The notes: generated by a model not told the origin, from the letters alone. Shown: positions 50,441 through 60,901, counted from the stretch's first letter. The stretch: DNA of 64,000 nucleotides from an uncultured Bacteroidota bacterium (GCA_937867025.1 CALMKH010000249.1:3600-67599), one strand, 5' to 3'. Translations and numbers: made by a program.

Positions 50441-51310
50441 TTACTGAATGGTAAGCTTTTGGGTACTTATCTTGCCGGTCATGCCGAAAAAACCCAGTAC
50501 CTTTTTCTCCGGATCATTGATACAGAAAATATTGCCGGGAATATTTGAAGGAGGCACGGCAAATAACCCCTGGTTGTTCAATTGGGTAAGTATCAGGTTC
50601 AGGTAAAGGTACATTTCGGGAGTGATAGTCAGTATCTCCACTCTGGCAGTTTCTCCCGGCTTATACGGCCGGCTAGTAAAATTTTCCCTGATGGGCACTA
50701 TGAAAAGATCGCCGTCCCCATTGCCATCCTGGTTAAAGGCATTATCCTGCGCAATATTGATGTCGCTGGCCCTTGCCTGCAGGCTGTCATTCCTGTAGAG
50801 CCTGAACCAGTAATAATCCCCTTTCCCTTTCTTATCCTTGGCCCAAAGGGTGACATAATTGCCTTTGGCGCCGCCGAATTTTCCTAGTTCCTCCCATTTA
50901 TAGGTGAAGGAGTCAATTATGGCAGGAGAATTCAGCCTGCTTTGAGAAACATATGTGTTCGACCCGTCCTTTACAAATAATGTATAATCCTTTCCGTACT
51001 GGAATGTATTTGCTGGAGGAACAAAAAAGTAGACGCCGTTTCCCTTATAGGTAAAACTGTGGAATTGTGACGTGGATGTATCCAGTATCCCAACAGAATC
51101 CACTGCATAGCCTTTGGGTGCGCTGTTGTCCAGGTACGCTACGGATTTGGAAATATATACAAACTGCGTATCTGTCGTCTGGTTGATGACCGCGTCAATT
51201 ACGAGTTGATCTACAGGTTTTCCAAGATCAAGCTCGATCGGATCCTCGCATGAGCTGAATCCCACTGAGCAAGCCAGGAAAGAATATATGATATATGATA
51301 ATTTCTTCAT
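50441..51310 (-). CDS. DUF4249-family lipoprotein
   Basis: 289 aa with lipobox MKKLSYIIYSFLACSVGFSSC. The size and the position 7 nt downstream of a CarboxypepD_reg-type TonB-dependent receptor match the recalled DUF4249 context. Confidence 0.6.
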   Translation of the reverse strand: MKKLSYIIYSFLACSVGFSSCEDPIELDLGKPVDQLVIDAVINQTTDTQFVYISKSVAYLDNSAPKGYAVDSVGILDTSTSQFHSFTYKGNGVYFFVPPANTFQYGKDYTLFVKDGSNTYVSQSRLNSPAIIDSFTYKWEELGKFGGAKGNYVTLWAKDKKGKGDYYWFRLYRNDSLQARASDINIAQDNAFNQDGNGDGDLFIVPIRENFTSRPYKPGETARVEILTITPEMYLYLNLILTQLNNQGLFAVPPSNIPGNIFCINDPEKKVLGFFGMTGKISTQKLTIQ

Positions 51311-51317
51311 TGAATAT

Positions 51318-53693
51318 TTAAAATTTAAAGTTCCAGGAAACTGATGGTATGACGGTTCCGATGACTGAATAGCGGATCAGCTGGGTTTGCATATTGTTAT
51401 CAGGGTTGTTGCGGGAATAGTAGGAGAACGGATTTTTACGGCCGTACGCATTATAAACACCGAATACCCAACTGCTCTCCCATTTTTCTGTTTTTTTGCG
51501 GATGTATGTTGCCGAAAGATCCAGGCGGTGGAATGGCTTGATTGTCACGTTATTTCTCAGGTCGCTTGCGTTCTGGGGAATACCCTGAATGCCCTGGAAA
51601 CTGTATTTGGTGTTCGGAAGATTCGTCGGTGTACCGGAACCAAGCACAAAACTGGCCGAAATGCTCCATTTTTTGTTCAACTCGTACGAACCCGTGATAT
51701 TCATATTATGCCTCCTGTCGAAACGGTTGTTATACCATTGATTCCTGCTGATACCCTCCACCTTTCTTTCTGACTTTGATAACGTATAACTGATCCATCC
51801 TGTAAGCTTCCCGGCATTCTTTTTAGCATATAATTCCAGGCCGTACGCCCTTCCCTTCCCATTGAGAAGATCGGCTTCGAGCTGGCTGTTCAACAGCAAT
51901 TCCGCTCCGTCTATATAATCGATCTGATTCTGTAATTCCTTATAAAAAACTTCAACAGACGTTTCAAATTCCTGCGCCGGGCCAAAATTCCTGAAATACC
52001 CTGCAGCGACCTGGTCGGCGATCTGGGGCTTGATATTATTGGTTGTCGGAGTCCATACATCCAGCGGGACGCTTGCGGCAGTGTTGGATATGAGGTGCAG
52101 ATACTGGGCCATCCTGTTATAACTCAGTTTAAGGGACGTATTTTTACTGAACCTGTAATTGGCCGAGAACCTGGGTTCCGGTATATAGTATGCCTTGATC
52201 AGCTGGAAACTTTTATCGTAGGTTATGCGGCCTGTTACAAGTGAACGTTTCGCTTCATTATTCTTTTCAAGCAAGAGTGCCGAGCCCTTACCAAGGTAAT
52301 TAAAGTTGGAAAAACGCAATCCATACCTCAGGCTCAGCCTGGTATCCACCTTTTGTTCATTCTCGATATAAACCGCATTTTCCATGGCGTATTTTTTAGG
52401 CAGACCGAATTCAACGGTGGAGCCTTCATCAATCGATAATGCCTGGCCCGGGCTGAAAATATAATACGTGGAGAGCAAGCCGAACTGCAAAGTGTTTTTC
52501 GGCGTGATATAATATGTCAGATCGGGTTTGATGCTGAAATTAACAATATTGGATTTCCACTCAAAGGTGTTGTCGTCTGAACCGAAACCAAGCTTATAAT
52601 CGTATTTACTATAATACGTGGTAAAATTTGTGAACAGTCGTTTTGAAAACAAGTGATTCCACCGGAACGTGGCTGTCTGGTTACCCCAGTCAAATTTTGC
52701 GCCCGGAGCTCCGAATGCATCACGGCCCAGGTAGCCCGAAAGGAATATCTTATTATTGTTATTGATCACATAATTGACCTTAGCAGTAAGATCGTAAAAA
52801 TAAAATACCGCATCCTTCAGGTTAGCGTTATTCTTCAGGAATGGTTTCGCGAGCACATCAATATAACTTCTGCGGGCAGCCACTATAAACGACGACTTGT
52901 TTTTCATTTTAGCATTTTTGCGGGCTATTGGCCCTTCCACGGAAAGGCGGCTAAAAATGACCCCGATTCCGCCGTTCACTTCAAATTTTTTGGTGTTCCC
53001 GTCTTTCATGCGCACGTCGAGCGTTGAAGAAAGCCTTCCGCCGTACATGGATGGCATTCCCCCTTTAATGAGCTTGACATCTTTGACTGCGTCCGGATTA
53101 AACACCGAGAAAAATCCGAAGAGATGCGAAGAATTAAATACAGGAGCCTCATCCAGGAGTATAAGGTTCTGGTCAATGCTTCCGCCCCTGACATTAAAAC
53201 CGGTAGCACCCTCCCCTACGGTACTTACTCCGGGCAGCAACTGCACACTTTTCACCACGTCCACCTCCCCGAGGAATGCAGGCACTCGTTTTATCTCCGC
53301 AATCCTGAGATTATTAGTGCTCATATCCACCTTCTCCAGCTGGTTGTCTTTTCTTTTACCAATAACAGTGGCACCCTTCAGTTCGTCGAATGCCCTGGCC
53401 ATATCAATGTTCCTTGTCTCATTCTGCGTGATCTGAATGGTCAGAACGACCGCCTGAAACCCTCCGGCGGTGAAGTTCACTTTATACGTGCCGGGCGAAA
53501 GGGAAATGGAATAGAATCCATATGAATTGGAAACCGCAGTGTTGGTCGAACCTTCGACAGAAACGTTGCATGAAGCCACCACCTCGCCATTGGTGGAATC
53601 CTTTATGTATCCGCTGAGCGTCACCTTTTGCTGCGCATCAGCCGCCTGCACGAATGCACCGAACAGGAAAAGAAATAATAAAAACTGTTTCAT
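51318..53693 (-). CDS. TonB-dependent receptor with an N-terminal carboxypeptidase-regulatory-like domain
   Basis: I start it at ATG 53693 (MKQFLLFLFLFGAFVQAADAQ). The CarboxypepD_reg segment is VTLSGYIKDSTNGEVVASCNVSVEG...SPGTYKVNF. The plug is VVKSVQLLPGV...GFNVRGGSIDQNLILLDEAPV. The terminal sequence is ...SVSWNFKF. Confidence 0.9.
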   Translation of the reverse strand: MKQFLLFLFLFGAFVQAADAQQKVTLSGYIKDSTNGEVVASCNVSVEGSTNTAVSNSYGFYSISLSPGTYKVNFTAGGFQAVVLTIQITQNETRNIDMARAFDELKGATVIGKRKDNQLEKVDMSTNNLRIAEIKRVPAFLGEVDVVKSVQLLPGVSTVGEGATGFNVRGGSIDQNLILLDEAPVFNSSHLFGFFSVFNPDAVKDVKLIKGGMPSMYGGRLSSTLDVRMKDGNTKKFEVNGGIGVIFSRLSVEGPIARKNAKMKNKSSFIVAARRSYIDVLAKPFLKNNANLKDAVFYFYDLTAKVNYVINNNNKIFLSGYLGRDAFGAPGAKFDWGNQTATFRWNHLFSKRLFTNFTTYYSKYDYKLGFGSDDNTFEWKSNIVNFSIKPDLTYYITPKNTLQFGLLSTYYIFSPGQALSIDEGSTVEFGLPKKYAMENAVYIENEQKVDTRLSLRYGLRFSNFNYLGKGSALLLEKNNEAKRSLVTGRITYDKSFQLIKAYYIPEPRFSANYRFSKNTSLKLSYNRMAQYLHLISNTAASVPLDVWTPTTNNIKPQIADQVAAGYFRNFGPAQEFETSVEVFYKELQNQIDYIDGAELLLNSQLEADLLNGKGRAYGLELYAKKNAGKLTGWISYTLSKSERKVEGISRNQWYNNRFDRRHNMNITGSYELNKKWSISASFVLGSGTPTNLPNTKYSFQGIQGIPQNASDLRNNVTIKPFHRLDLSATYIRKKTEKWESSWVFGVYNAYGRKNPFSYYSRNNPDNNMQTQLIRYSVIGTVIPSVSWNFKF

Positions 53694-53806
53694 AAAAACG
53701 GCCGCAAAGCTACGGGGAAAGAAATCAATTGCCGTGTCATAAAGACAAAATCGTTGGTTTAACCGACTAAAAACAAGGCACAAAGGTTCATCCTATAAGG
53801 TGGTTC

Positions 53807-55621
53807 CTATGGCTGGTTCAAGGCTTCCGTGATCAGACTATTTTTATCATACACGTCAAAAATAAATCTTGGCCTGTCAAATTCATCAAATACAATGGTC
53901 CTGTAATCAAAAAACACGGTCATTTTCTGCTCGAGTTTCACCGGATATGTCTTTTTCACAACAAGTTTATAACTGGTGGTGTCCTCTCTCCATTTCCTGG
54001 CCCTTGCCGTATCGGCAGGGGGCAGGCCCATTTTGATCAGGACATCGTCATATGTCACGCGGGTGTTCTGCGACAATACAAAGCCTGTCAGCGCCACCGG
54101 ATCCTGCACCCTCACACATCCGTGACTCACAGCCCTGTTGCTAAGCCTGAATTTGCTTTTTAACGGTGTGTCGTGAAGGTATACATCAAACGGATTTTTG
54201 AATGTGAACTTGATTTTCCCGAGGGAATTGTCATCGCCTGAATTCTGTCTGATCGTATACGGGATATTTCCCGGACTGAGCTTGCGCCAGTTAATACTGT
54301 AAGGATTGATGACCTCGCCATCCTTAAATACCTGGAAATTATTCTGTGCGAGGTAACCGGGATTACGCACTATCAGGTTGTACATTTCCCGCCCCACAAT
54401 GCTTGAAGGCACCGTCCAGGTAGGGTTCAGTATTACGTAATCGATATTGGAAAACACCTGAGGCGTTTCATGGTTCAGCGGCTTGTCCAGGTAATTCTTC
54501 GATACTTTGTACTTTTTCGTCTTCTGGTCATAATACCTCTCCTTGCCCTTGCCGATACAAACCTGCATTGACCTGACACTATCAGGATAATACATATACA
54601 GCATAAATTCCGGAAGGTTTACCCTGACATACGGTTTGGCCGGCTCAATGCCAAACCACCTGATCCTTTCCATATTCGATTTTATCTCATCGATGCGGTC
54701 GTTGTGCGAAGCGTTCAAAAGTTTAAGGGTGGATTTTCCTATGATACCGTCATCCGTCAGGTTACTTGTGCGCTGCACCCCTGTTATTATAGCTGCCAGC
54801 TGGCGCGTGTAAACCATGCTGTCCGCGTAAAGGGTAATGAAGGTGTCCGGTGCGAGCCCCAGTTCCACCAATCTTGTAGCCAGTTTCGGAACGATGCCAG
54901 ACGTGTCGCCCGGTTTCAGTTTCCTGATGCCGGAAGTATCTATCATGGTTTCACTGCCCGAAGTTTTTCCAAACGCTTCGGCAAGAAGGCGTTTCAGTTT
55001 CGCATAATCCCGGTGAGAGGGCTGGTACCGGGCCACCGTATCAATGTTTTCCGGTGATCTGAGAACTGCAAACAAATTGAACTCAGGATGATTTGGGTAC
55101 GGAAGCGTGTACTTGGCTCCCAACACCTGCCGGGGGTCCGTTCTGCCCATAACCTTGTCATGCCACAGTGTCACCAGGGTGTTGCTGAGCTGCAGGTCGA
55201 CAAGGGCCATAGTGAGATTGATATCCCTGCCCGGGCGTTTTTCCTTCAGGGACCGAAGCATGCCGAAAATGGTATCAAAATGGTAATGCTCGGGTTTAAG
55301 TCCGTCAAATACAATGCTGTCGGCAAGAATTTTCAGGCGGCTTTCAAAAGATGCTTCCCGCAGATGATCAAACCAAAAAGGTCGGAATTCCCTGCCAGCA
55401 TACACATGGGAAAGCGTATCAAAATAATGCGTGTACGTGGTATCTGCTTTCAGGACAGCTATCTGTTTCCGGATGTTATCCGTTACAAGTGCTATGTCAG
55501 CCTTCTGTTTCCCGGACAAGATCCTTACGTCCTTCCTGCTCAGGTAATATATGCCTGCTGCCAGGAGAATACCCGCTATCACGGGATAAATAATGTGATG
55601 TTTTCTGAATTTCAAGCTCAC
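53807..55621 (-). CDS. L,D-transpeptidase family protein (YkuD domain) with an N-terminal membrane anchor
   Basis: 604 aa. The catalytic region is YLHDTPLKSKFRLSNRAVSHGCVRVQDP, and a PG-binding-like segment lies upstream. The start is GTG. Confidence 0.85.
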   Translation of the reverse strand: MSLKFRKHHIIYPVIAGILLAAGIYYLSRKDVRILSGKQKADIALVTDNIRKQIAVLKADTTYTHYFDTLSHVYAGREFRPFWFDHLREASFESRLKILADSIVFDGLKPEHYHFDTIFGMLRSLKEKRPGRDINLTMALVDLQLSNTLVTLWHDKVMGRTDPRQVLGAKYTLPYPNHPEFNLFAVLRSPENIDTVARYQPSHRDYAKLKRLLAEAFGKTSGSETMIDTSGIRKLKPGDTSGIVPKLATRLVELGLAPDTFITLYADSMVYTRQLAAIITGVQRTSNLTDDGIIGKSTLKLLNASHNDRIDEIKSNMERIRWFGIEPAKPYVRVNLPEFMLYMYYPDSVRSMQVCIGKGKERYYDQKTKKYKVSKNYLDKPLNHETPQVFSNIDYVILNPTWTVPSSIVGREMYNLIVRNPGYLAQNNFQVFKDGEVINPYSINWRKLSPGNIPYTIRQNSGDDNSLGKIKFTFKNPFDVYLHDTPLKSKFRLSNRAVSHGCVRVQDPVALTGFVLSQNTRVTYDDVLIKMGLPPADTARARKWREDTTSYKLVVKKTYPVKLEQKMTVFFDYRTIVFDEFDRPRFIFDVYDKNSLITEALNQP

Positions 55622-55754
55622 AAATATATTGTATCTGTTTCACTATACTTGGTCCAGTTATTAAACGGCAGGTATCATTTATTATTTGTATGAAACATCT
55701 TTCTGCAAATATGCAGGAGTACATGCAAATTTTTTAAAAAAGGGAACGTTTCGT

Positions 55755-55780
55755 AAGAAAAAGGACCGAAACCGGTCGGT
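55755..55780 (-). terminator. Probable intrinsic terminator after the T9SS alpha/beta hydrolase gene
   Basis: The minus strand reads ccgaccggtttcggtcctttttctt. A 5-bp GC-rich stem gaccg/cggtc (55764-55768 / 55773-55777) is followed by T5. Confidence 0.5.
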
Positions 55781-55788
55781 GCCTGACT

Positions 55789-57021
55789 CTAATGCTTCAC
55801 CAGCTTTTTGCAGATGGTATAACCTTCGGTCTGTATCTGCAGGATATACACGCCACGGTCCAGAAAACCGGTATCAAAGCTTTGCGGAGATTTAATGCCT
55901 GTTATCCCGGGTATAACGCGTCCGGTCATGTCCAGAAGGCGCATCGAACAATTTCGATTATATGGCTCTCCGACTGAAACTGTTAGCGAGGAGCCGAATG
56001 GATTAGGTTTGACCGACACAGACCTTTCAATGGCTTTCACATCTTTCATGGATGCATGGAAGCCGTTGCTCCTCAACCAGTGGATAATGGTGTCAGGGAC
56101 AGTTTTGCTGATATGCGGATCGTCAGCCGTAGTCATGTAATGTATCAGTGAAGGTAATTTCCAAAAGTCATCCGTAACGGACACTTCAGCCTTGAATCTG
56201 TCAAGTTCGGAAGGAGGCACATTGATATCTTTTTCAAGTCCGAGGAACAATGCGGGCAAGCCGCACACATCATAATGATCCGCCACGGGATCCGTAGCCA
56301 GGACATATTCTCTCCAGGCGCTTGCAGGTACTCCGAATAAGGGCGGCGTGCTGCTATTCCACGTGTTAGTCCTGATAAGATTAAAATATGCCAGTATCTG
56401 GTCAGCCTGATACTGAGCCGTCTGGACATCGCCTCCGCATGTTTGCGCTATATAAACCAATTGCCTTGCCAATGTGGAATCAAAAGGTGTCCTTGAACCG
56501 GCAATGGAAATAAGCGCCCTGATATCTTTCCGTCCTTTGGCAATGTAAGGAATAAGGGAAGAGCCTTCACTGTGACCGAGCAGGATGATATTCCCGGTAT
56601 CCACATCACTTCTTGTTTTTACATAATCTATAGCGCTTTCAACCGGCAGCCATAGTTTGTGGAAGGTAATGGTCCCCATCGAACCCGGATAGGTATATTC
56701 CAGTTTGTCATAAATAAGAACGGCATATCCGGCATCCTGCAAGGCATCAGACAACTCATCATACGCCCTGATCGTGTCATTGAGCAGTCCCGGATACAGG
56801 CATGCGGTATTAGCTCCCACCATCGGCAGCGTACCGTACCTGTCGTTGGGCCCTGAACCGGGCGCCAGTATCAGGGTTTTGAACCGCTTATTACCCGCGG
56901 GAACCTTGAATGTTCCATGCACGGTCTTGCCGTCATGCACAAAACTTATATTAAAAGATTGCTGCGCATGCATCGCTAATACAGACAGGCAAAATGAAAT
57001 GAGACAGGTAATTGTTTTCAT
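55789..57021 (-). CDS. Secreted alpha/beta hydrolase with a type A T9SS C-terminal sorting domain
   Basis: 410 aa with signal MKTITCLISFCLSVLAMHAQ and nucleophile elbow LLGHSEGS. The C-terminus VSVKPNPFGSSLTVSV...LLDMTGRVI...GVYILQIQTEGYTICKKLVKH is TIGR04183-like. Confidence 0.8.
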   Translation of the reverse strand: MKTITCLISFCLSVLAMHAQQSFNISFVHDGKTVHGTFKVPAGNKRFKTLILAPGSGPNDRYGTLPMVGANTACLYPGLLNDTIRAYDELSDALQDAGYAVLIYDKLEYTYPGSMGTITFHKLWLPVESAIDYVKTRSDVDTGNIILLGHSEGSSLIPYIAKGRKDIRALISIAGSRTPFDSTLARQLVYIAQTCGGDVQTAQYQADQILAYFNLIRTNTWNSSTPPLFGVPASAWREYVLATDPVADHYDVCGLPALFLGLEKDINVPPSELDRFKAEVSVTDDFWKLPSLIHYMTTADDPHISKTVPDTIIHWLRSNGFHASMKDVKAIERSVSVKPNPFGSSLTVSVGEPYNRNCSMRLLDMTGRVIPGITGIKSPQSFDTGFLDRGVYILQIQTEGYTICKKLVKH

Positions 57022-57608
57022 ATGTATTGATTAAATACCACCCTGATCAAATAAACCGACAGCACTTCCGATAAAATGATCATGGCCGTGAAACTCAGCA
57101 CGAGTTTGTTTCCTTTCAGATTGGTGAAAGTTTTATATGCGTTGTAATACCATATCACCGACCAGACGACTGCCACAATTGCCAGGGCACCAAGAAAGAT
57201 CAGAGGGAGCATCTCGTTCTCAAGAATCCCTGACAAATCTTCCTGCCTGCCCGCTTCCAGGCCTTCCGCCAAACGGCTCATAGAACCCGTAAGATTGAGC
57301 AGTGGTGCCAATATGAAAGGTGCGCGAGCCATTGCCATGGTTCCCAGCACATCAATTACCCTGGGCCTCGCACCAGATATAAAAGCTATAAGACCAGACA
57401 TAAAGGAAAGCACAAGCCAGTTCTGCAAATGATCCGTGAAAGGTGCCAGATAATGTTTTGTTGTTGAGAAATGCAGATCGAGCACACCGTCAAACCGGGC
57501 TTTAAAGTGAACCGCGAGCATAGCGGAAATACCCATGCATGCCATCCCGATTAAAAGCGCCTTGATGCCCGCTACCTTCCTGAATGGATTCAGCAATATA
57601 CTTTTCAT
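57018..57608 (-). CDS. Hypothetical polytopic membrane protein (about 5 TM, Yip1-like topology)
   Basis: 196 aa with hydrophobic segments throughout. ATGA overlaps occur at both ends (57605-57608 and 57018-57021). Confidence 0.6.
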   Translation of the reverse strand: MKSILLNPFRKVAGIKALLIGMACMGISAMLAVHFKARFDGVLDLHFSTTKHYLAPFTDHLQNWLVLSFMSGLIAFISGARPRVIDVLGTMAMARAPFILAPLLNLTGSMSRLAEGLEAGRQEDLSGILENEMLPLIFLGALAIVAVVWSVIWYYNAYKTFTNLKGNKLVLSFTAMIILSEVLSVYLIRVVFNQYI

Positions 57609-57901
57609 ACAGATGTTTTAAGTTCAGTTTCGGTCCTTTTTATTTTTTCTATCAGGTCGTCCAGCATATTTCTGACAGTCGGGTAACTCAAACCCAGCTG
57701 TGATGACATATCCTTGATGCTTCCGCTGGTCTTTACAAAAAATATCACGAAATCCAGTTCCTCCTTATCCAGGTGATTCAGCACCGGCAGATCAAAACTA
57801 CCCTCGATGGATGTATCACATTTTGAACAATGTAATCGTCGGACCTTCATTTTTGAATGACAGGAAGGACAGGTAACCGGTAAAGTTTTTACAATTGACA
57901 T
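57605..57901 (-). CDS. DUF2089-family protein (N-terminal zinc ribbon plus C-terminal HTH)
   Basis: 98 aa. The CxxC...CxxC motif is CPSCHSKMKVRRLHCSKCDTSIEGSF. The HTH-like segment is QLGLSYPTVRNMLDDLIEKI. Confidence 0.75.
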   Translation of the reverse strand: MSIVKTLPVTCPSCHSKMKVRRLHCSKCDTSIEGSFDLPVLNHLDKEELDFVIFFVKTSGSIKDMSSQLGLSYPTVRNMLDDLIEKIKRTETELKTSV

Positions 57902-58036
57902 GATAAAAATCGATGCAATATTAAATAAATTTAATTAAAAAATAAAAAATATTAATTATTTTTTAAATATTATTAATAAAGAGATGTATATTGTGCTATT
58001 TAATGCAATGTGTCGTTTCGTTAAGCAATTCTGATT

Positions 58037-58098
58037 GTTGCTGGTTCTCCCCTTGGTCGGTGTTTGTCACCGACCTGGCGACGATCTAACTATGCAAC
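58037..58098. other. Long imperfect hairpin with a perfect 8-bp GC-rich apical stem, in a 405-bp non-coding region
   Basis: The apical stem ggtcggtg (58055-58062) pairs with caccgacc (58068-58075), loop tttgt. cc/gg pairs flank it (58051-52 / 58077-78). The basal stem is gttgc (58037-41) / gcaac (58094-98). No U-tract follows on either strand. Confidence 0.4.
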
Positions 58099-58306
58099 CA
58101 TTTTAAATTGAAGAAGCATTAATATTTATCAGTAGTTCACGGGAGTTTGCACCACAGATTGTGAACGCGTTTATTGGATTCTTTTTTTCAAAAAGCAAGA
58201 AGTCCAAAGAACAGCAAATTCATTATGAATGGTTTTGTTGTGATACAGACCAATCGTATTGCAGTTCCAAGATTTTAAATTTTTCATTTATTATCCCGAA
58301 CTCATG

Positions 58307-58486
58307 TTATTTAATAATAGAATAGATCAGCAGTAGCAGGATAAAAGCGATGATATACAGGTACCATTGGGTCTGCCCATTCTCCCCATAATCCTTTTTG
58401 CTCTTTTTATAGTCAAACCAGTATGCGATGAGCAGCGCAAGGACAAATAATACCGGCAGGGTGACATTGAATATCATAAGCACCAT
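58307..58486 (-). CDS. Possible 59-aa two-TM small membrane protein (below the ORF-track cutoff)
   Basis: My own translation gives MVLMIFNVTLPVLFVLALLIAYWFDYKKSKKDYGENGQTQWYLYIIAFILLLLIYSIIK*. It has two hydrophobic helices and a charged loop. There is no homology evidence. Confidence 0.3.
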   Translation of the reverse strand: MVLMIFNVTLPVLFVLALLIAYWFDYKKSKKDYGENGQTQWYLYIIAFILLLLIYSIIK

Positions 58487-58523
58487 GGCACAAAACTAAG
58501 GATAATGGATTATTCGCCGGCAT

Positions 58524-58553
58524 AAAAAAGCCCTCCGGAATGGAAGGCTTTTT
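58524..58553 (-). terminator. Intrinsic terminator after atpC
   Basis: The minus strand reads aaaaagccttccattccggagggcttttttat. The stem is GCC.TCC/GGA.GGC (58530-58548, one mismatch) followed by T6. It lies about 25 nt after the atpC stop. Confidence 0.7.
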
Positions 58554-58576
58554 AAAATTATATTTAGTTACCGCTT

Positions 58577-58807
58577 TTAGGCCAGGATGACAATTTTGTT
58601 TTTCAAAACCTCAATGATACCGCCGTTTACACTAAACTCTTTTTTTTCAGAGCCTGTATCGACTATCACTTTTCCTTTGCTCAATGCAGAGATCAGGGGA
58701 GCGTGACCGTTCTTGATCTGGAAACTTCCGGTTACGCCCGGAAGAGTCACTACCTGCGCATCGCCTGAATAAAGGCTGGCATCTGGGGTCAGGATATCTA
58801 CTTGCAT
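58577..58807 (-). CDS. atpC: F0F1 ATP synthase subunit epsilon (short form)
   Basis: 76 aa, 5 nt downstream of atpD. The beta-sandwich domain shows PGVTGSFQIKNGHAPLISAL...GGIIEV. Confidence 0.88.
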   Translation of the reverse strand: MQVDILTPDASLYSGDAQVVTLPGVTGSFQIKNGHAPLISALSKGKVIVDTGSEKKEFSVNGGIIEVLKNKIVILA

Positions 58808-58812
58808 AGCTA

Positions 58813-60372
<1,560 letters not shown>

Positions 60373-60542
60373 TCAATAAAATCCAGAATAAATCAACATT
60401 TTTCAAAAGTCAGGGAATGCAGCATGACATATTGAAAAACAAGAATTTAATCGTTAAAATACAATAACACTTGTTTGAGCGGATTTTGAAAATATGCGTT
60501 GAATAAAAATCGGCATGCCTGGGAATTTGATGCAAAAAATAC

Positions 60543-60572
60543 AAAAAAAAAGCACGGTATGAATACCGTGCT
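60543..60572 (-). terminator. Intrinsic terminator after the RRM protein gene
   Basis: A perfect 9-bp stem agcacggta/taccgtgct (60551-60559 / 60564-60572) has a 4-nt loop and is followed on the minus strand by T8-9. Confidence 0.85.
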
Positions 60573-60592
60573 TTCATGTCTAACTGAGTGAA

Positions 60593-60901
60593 TTAATATC
60601 TTCTATTTCCTCCACCGTTGTTCCTGTCGTTGCCTCTGCTAAAGCCTCCGCCATTGTTTTCCCTTGGCCTGGCTTCATTGACAACCAGGTTCCTTTCCAT
60701 GAAAGATTTTTCATGAAGTGCACTAATAGCAGCGTTGGCTGATGAATCGTCATTCATTTCTACGATGGCAAAACCACGAGAACGTCCAGTGTACTTGTCT
60801 TTAATGATCCTTGCTGAGCTGACATCACCGAATTGGGTGAAAAGGTTTTCTACATCTTGCTCGCTCGCTTTGAAGCTAAGATTACCTACGTAAATGTTCA
60901 T
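60593..60901 (-). CDS. RRM-domain RNA-binding protein with a Gly/Arg/Asn-rich tail
   Basis: 102 aa. It has RNP2 IYVGNLSF, RNP1 RGFAIVEM and the C-terminal tail NNGGGFSRGNDRNNGGGNRRY. Confidence 0.9.
   Translation of the reverse strand: MNIYVGNLSFKASEQDVENLFTQFGDVSSARIIKDKYTGRSRGFAIVEMNDDSSANAAISALHEKSFMERNLVVNEARPRENNGGGFSRGNDRNNGGGNRRY

Noticed and set aside
53694-53806. A possible cobalamin or other riboswitch upstream of the TonB-dependent receptor.
   Set aside because: The spacer is only 113 nt. It contains a TAnnTTTG-like box (TAGCTTTG, 53712..53705) close to the ATG, which leaves too little room for a riboswitch aptamer. No B12-box was seen.
58033-58100. Local resemblance to 4.5S/SRP RNA: TGTTGCTGGTTCTCCCC here versus E. 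coli UGUUGGUUCUCCC, and on the minus strand CCAGGUCGGUG...CCAAGG.
   Set aside because: The apical helix is a perfect stem with a pentaloop. It lacks the conserved domain IV features, namely the GNRA tetraloop and the AGCA / GGAA symmetric and asymmetric loops. The resemblance is probably a coincidence.
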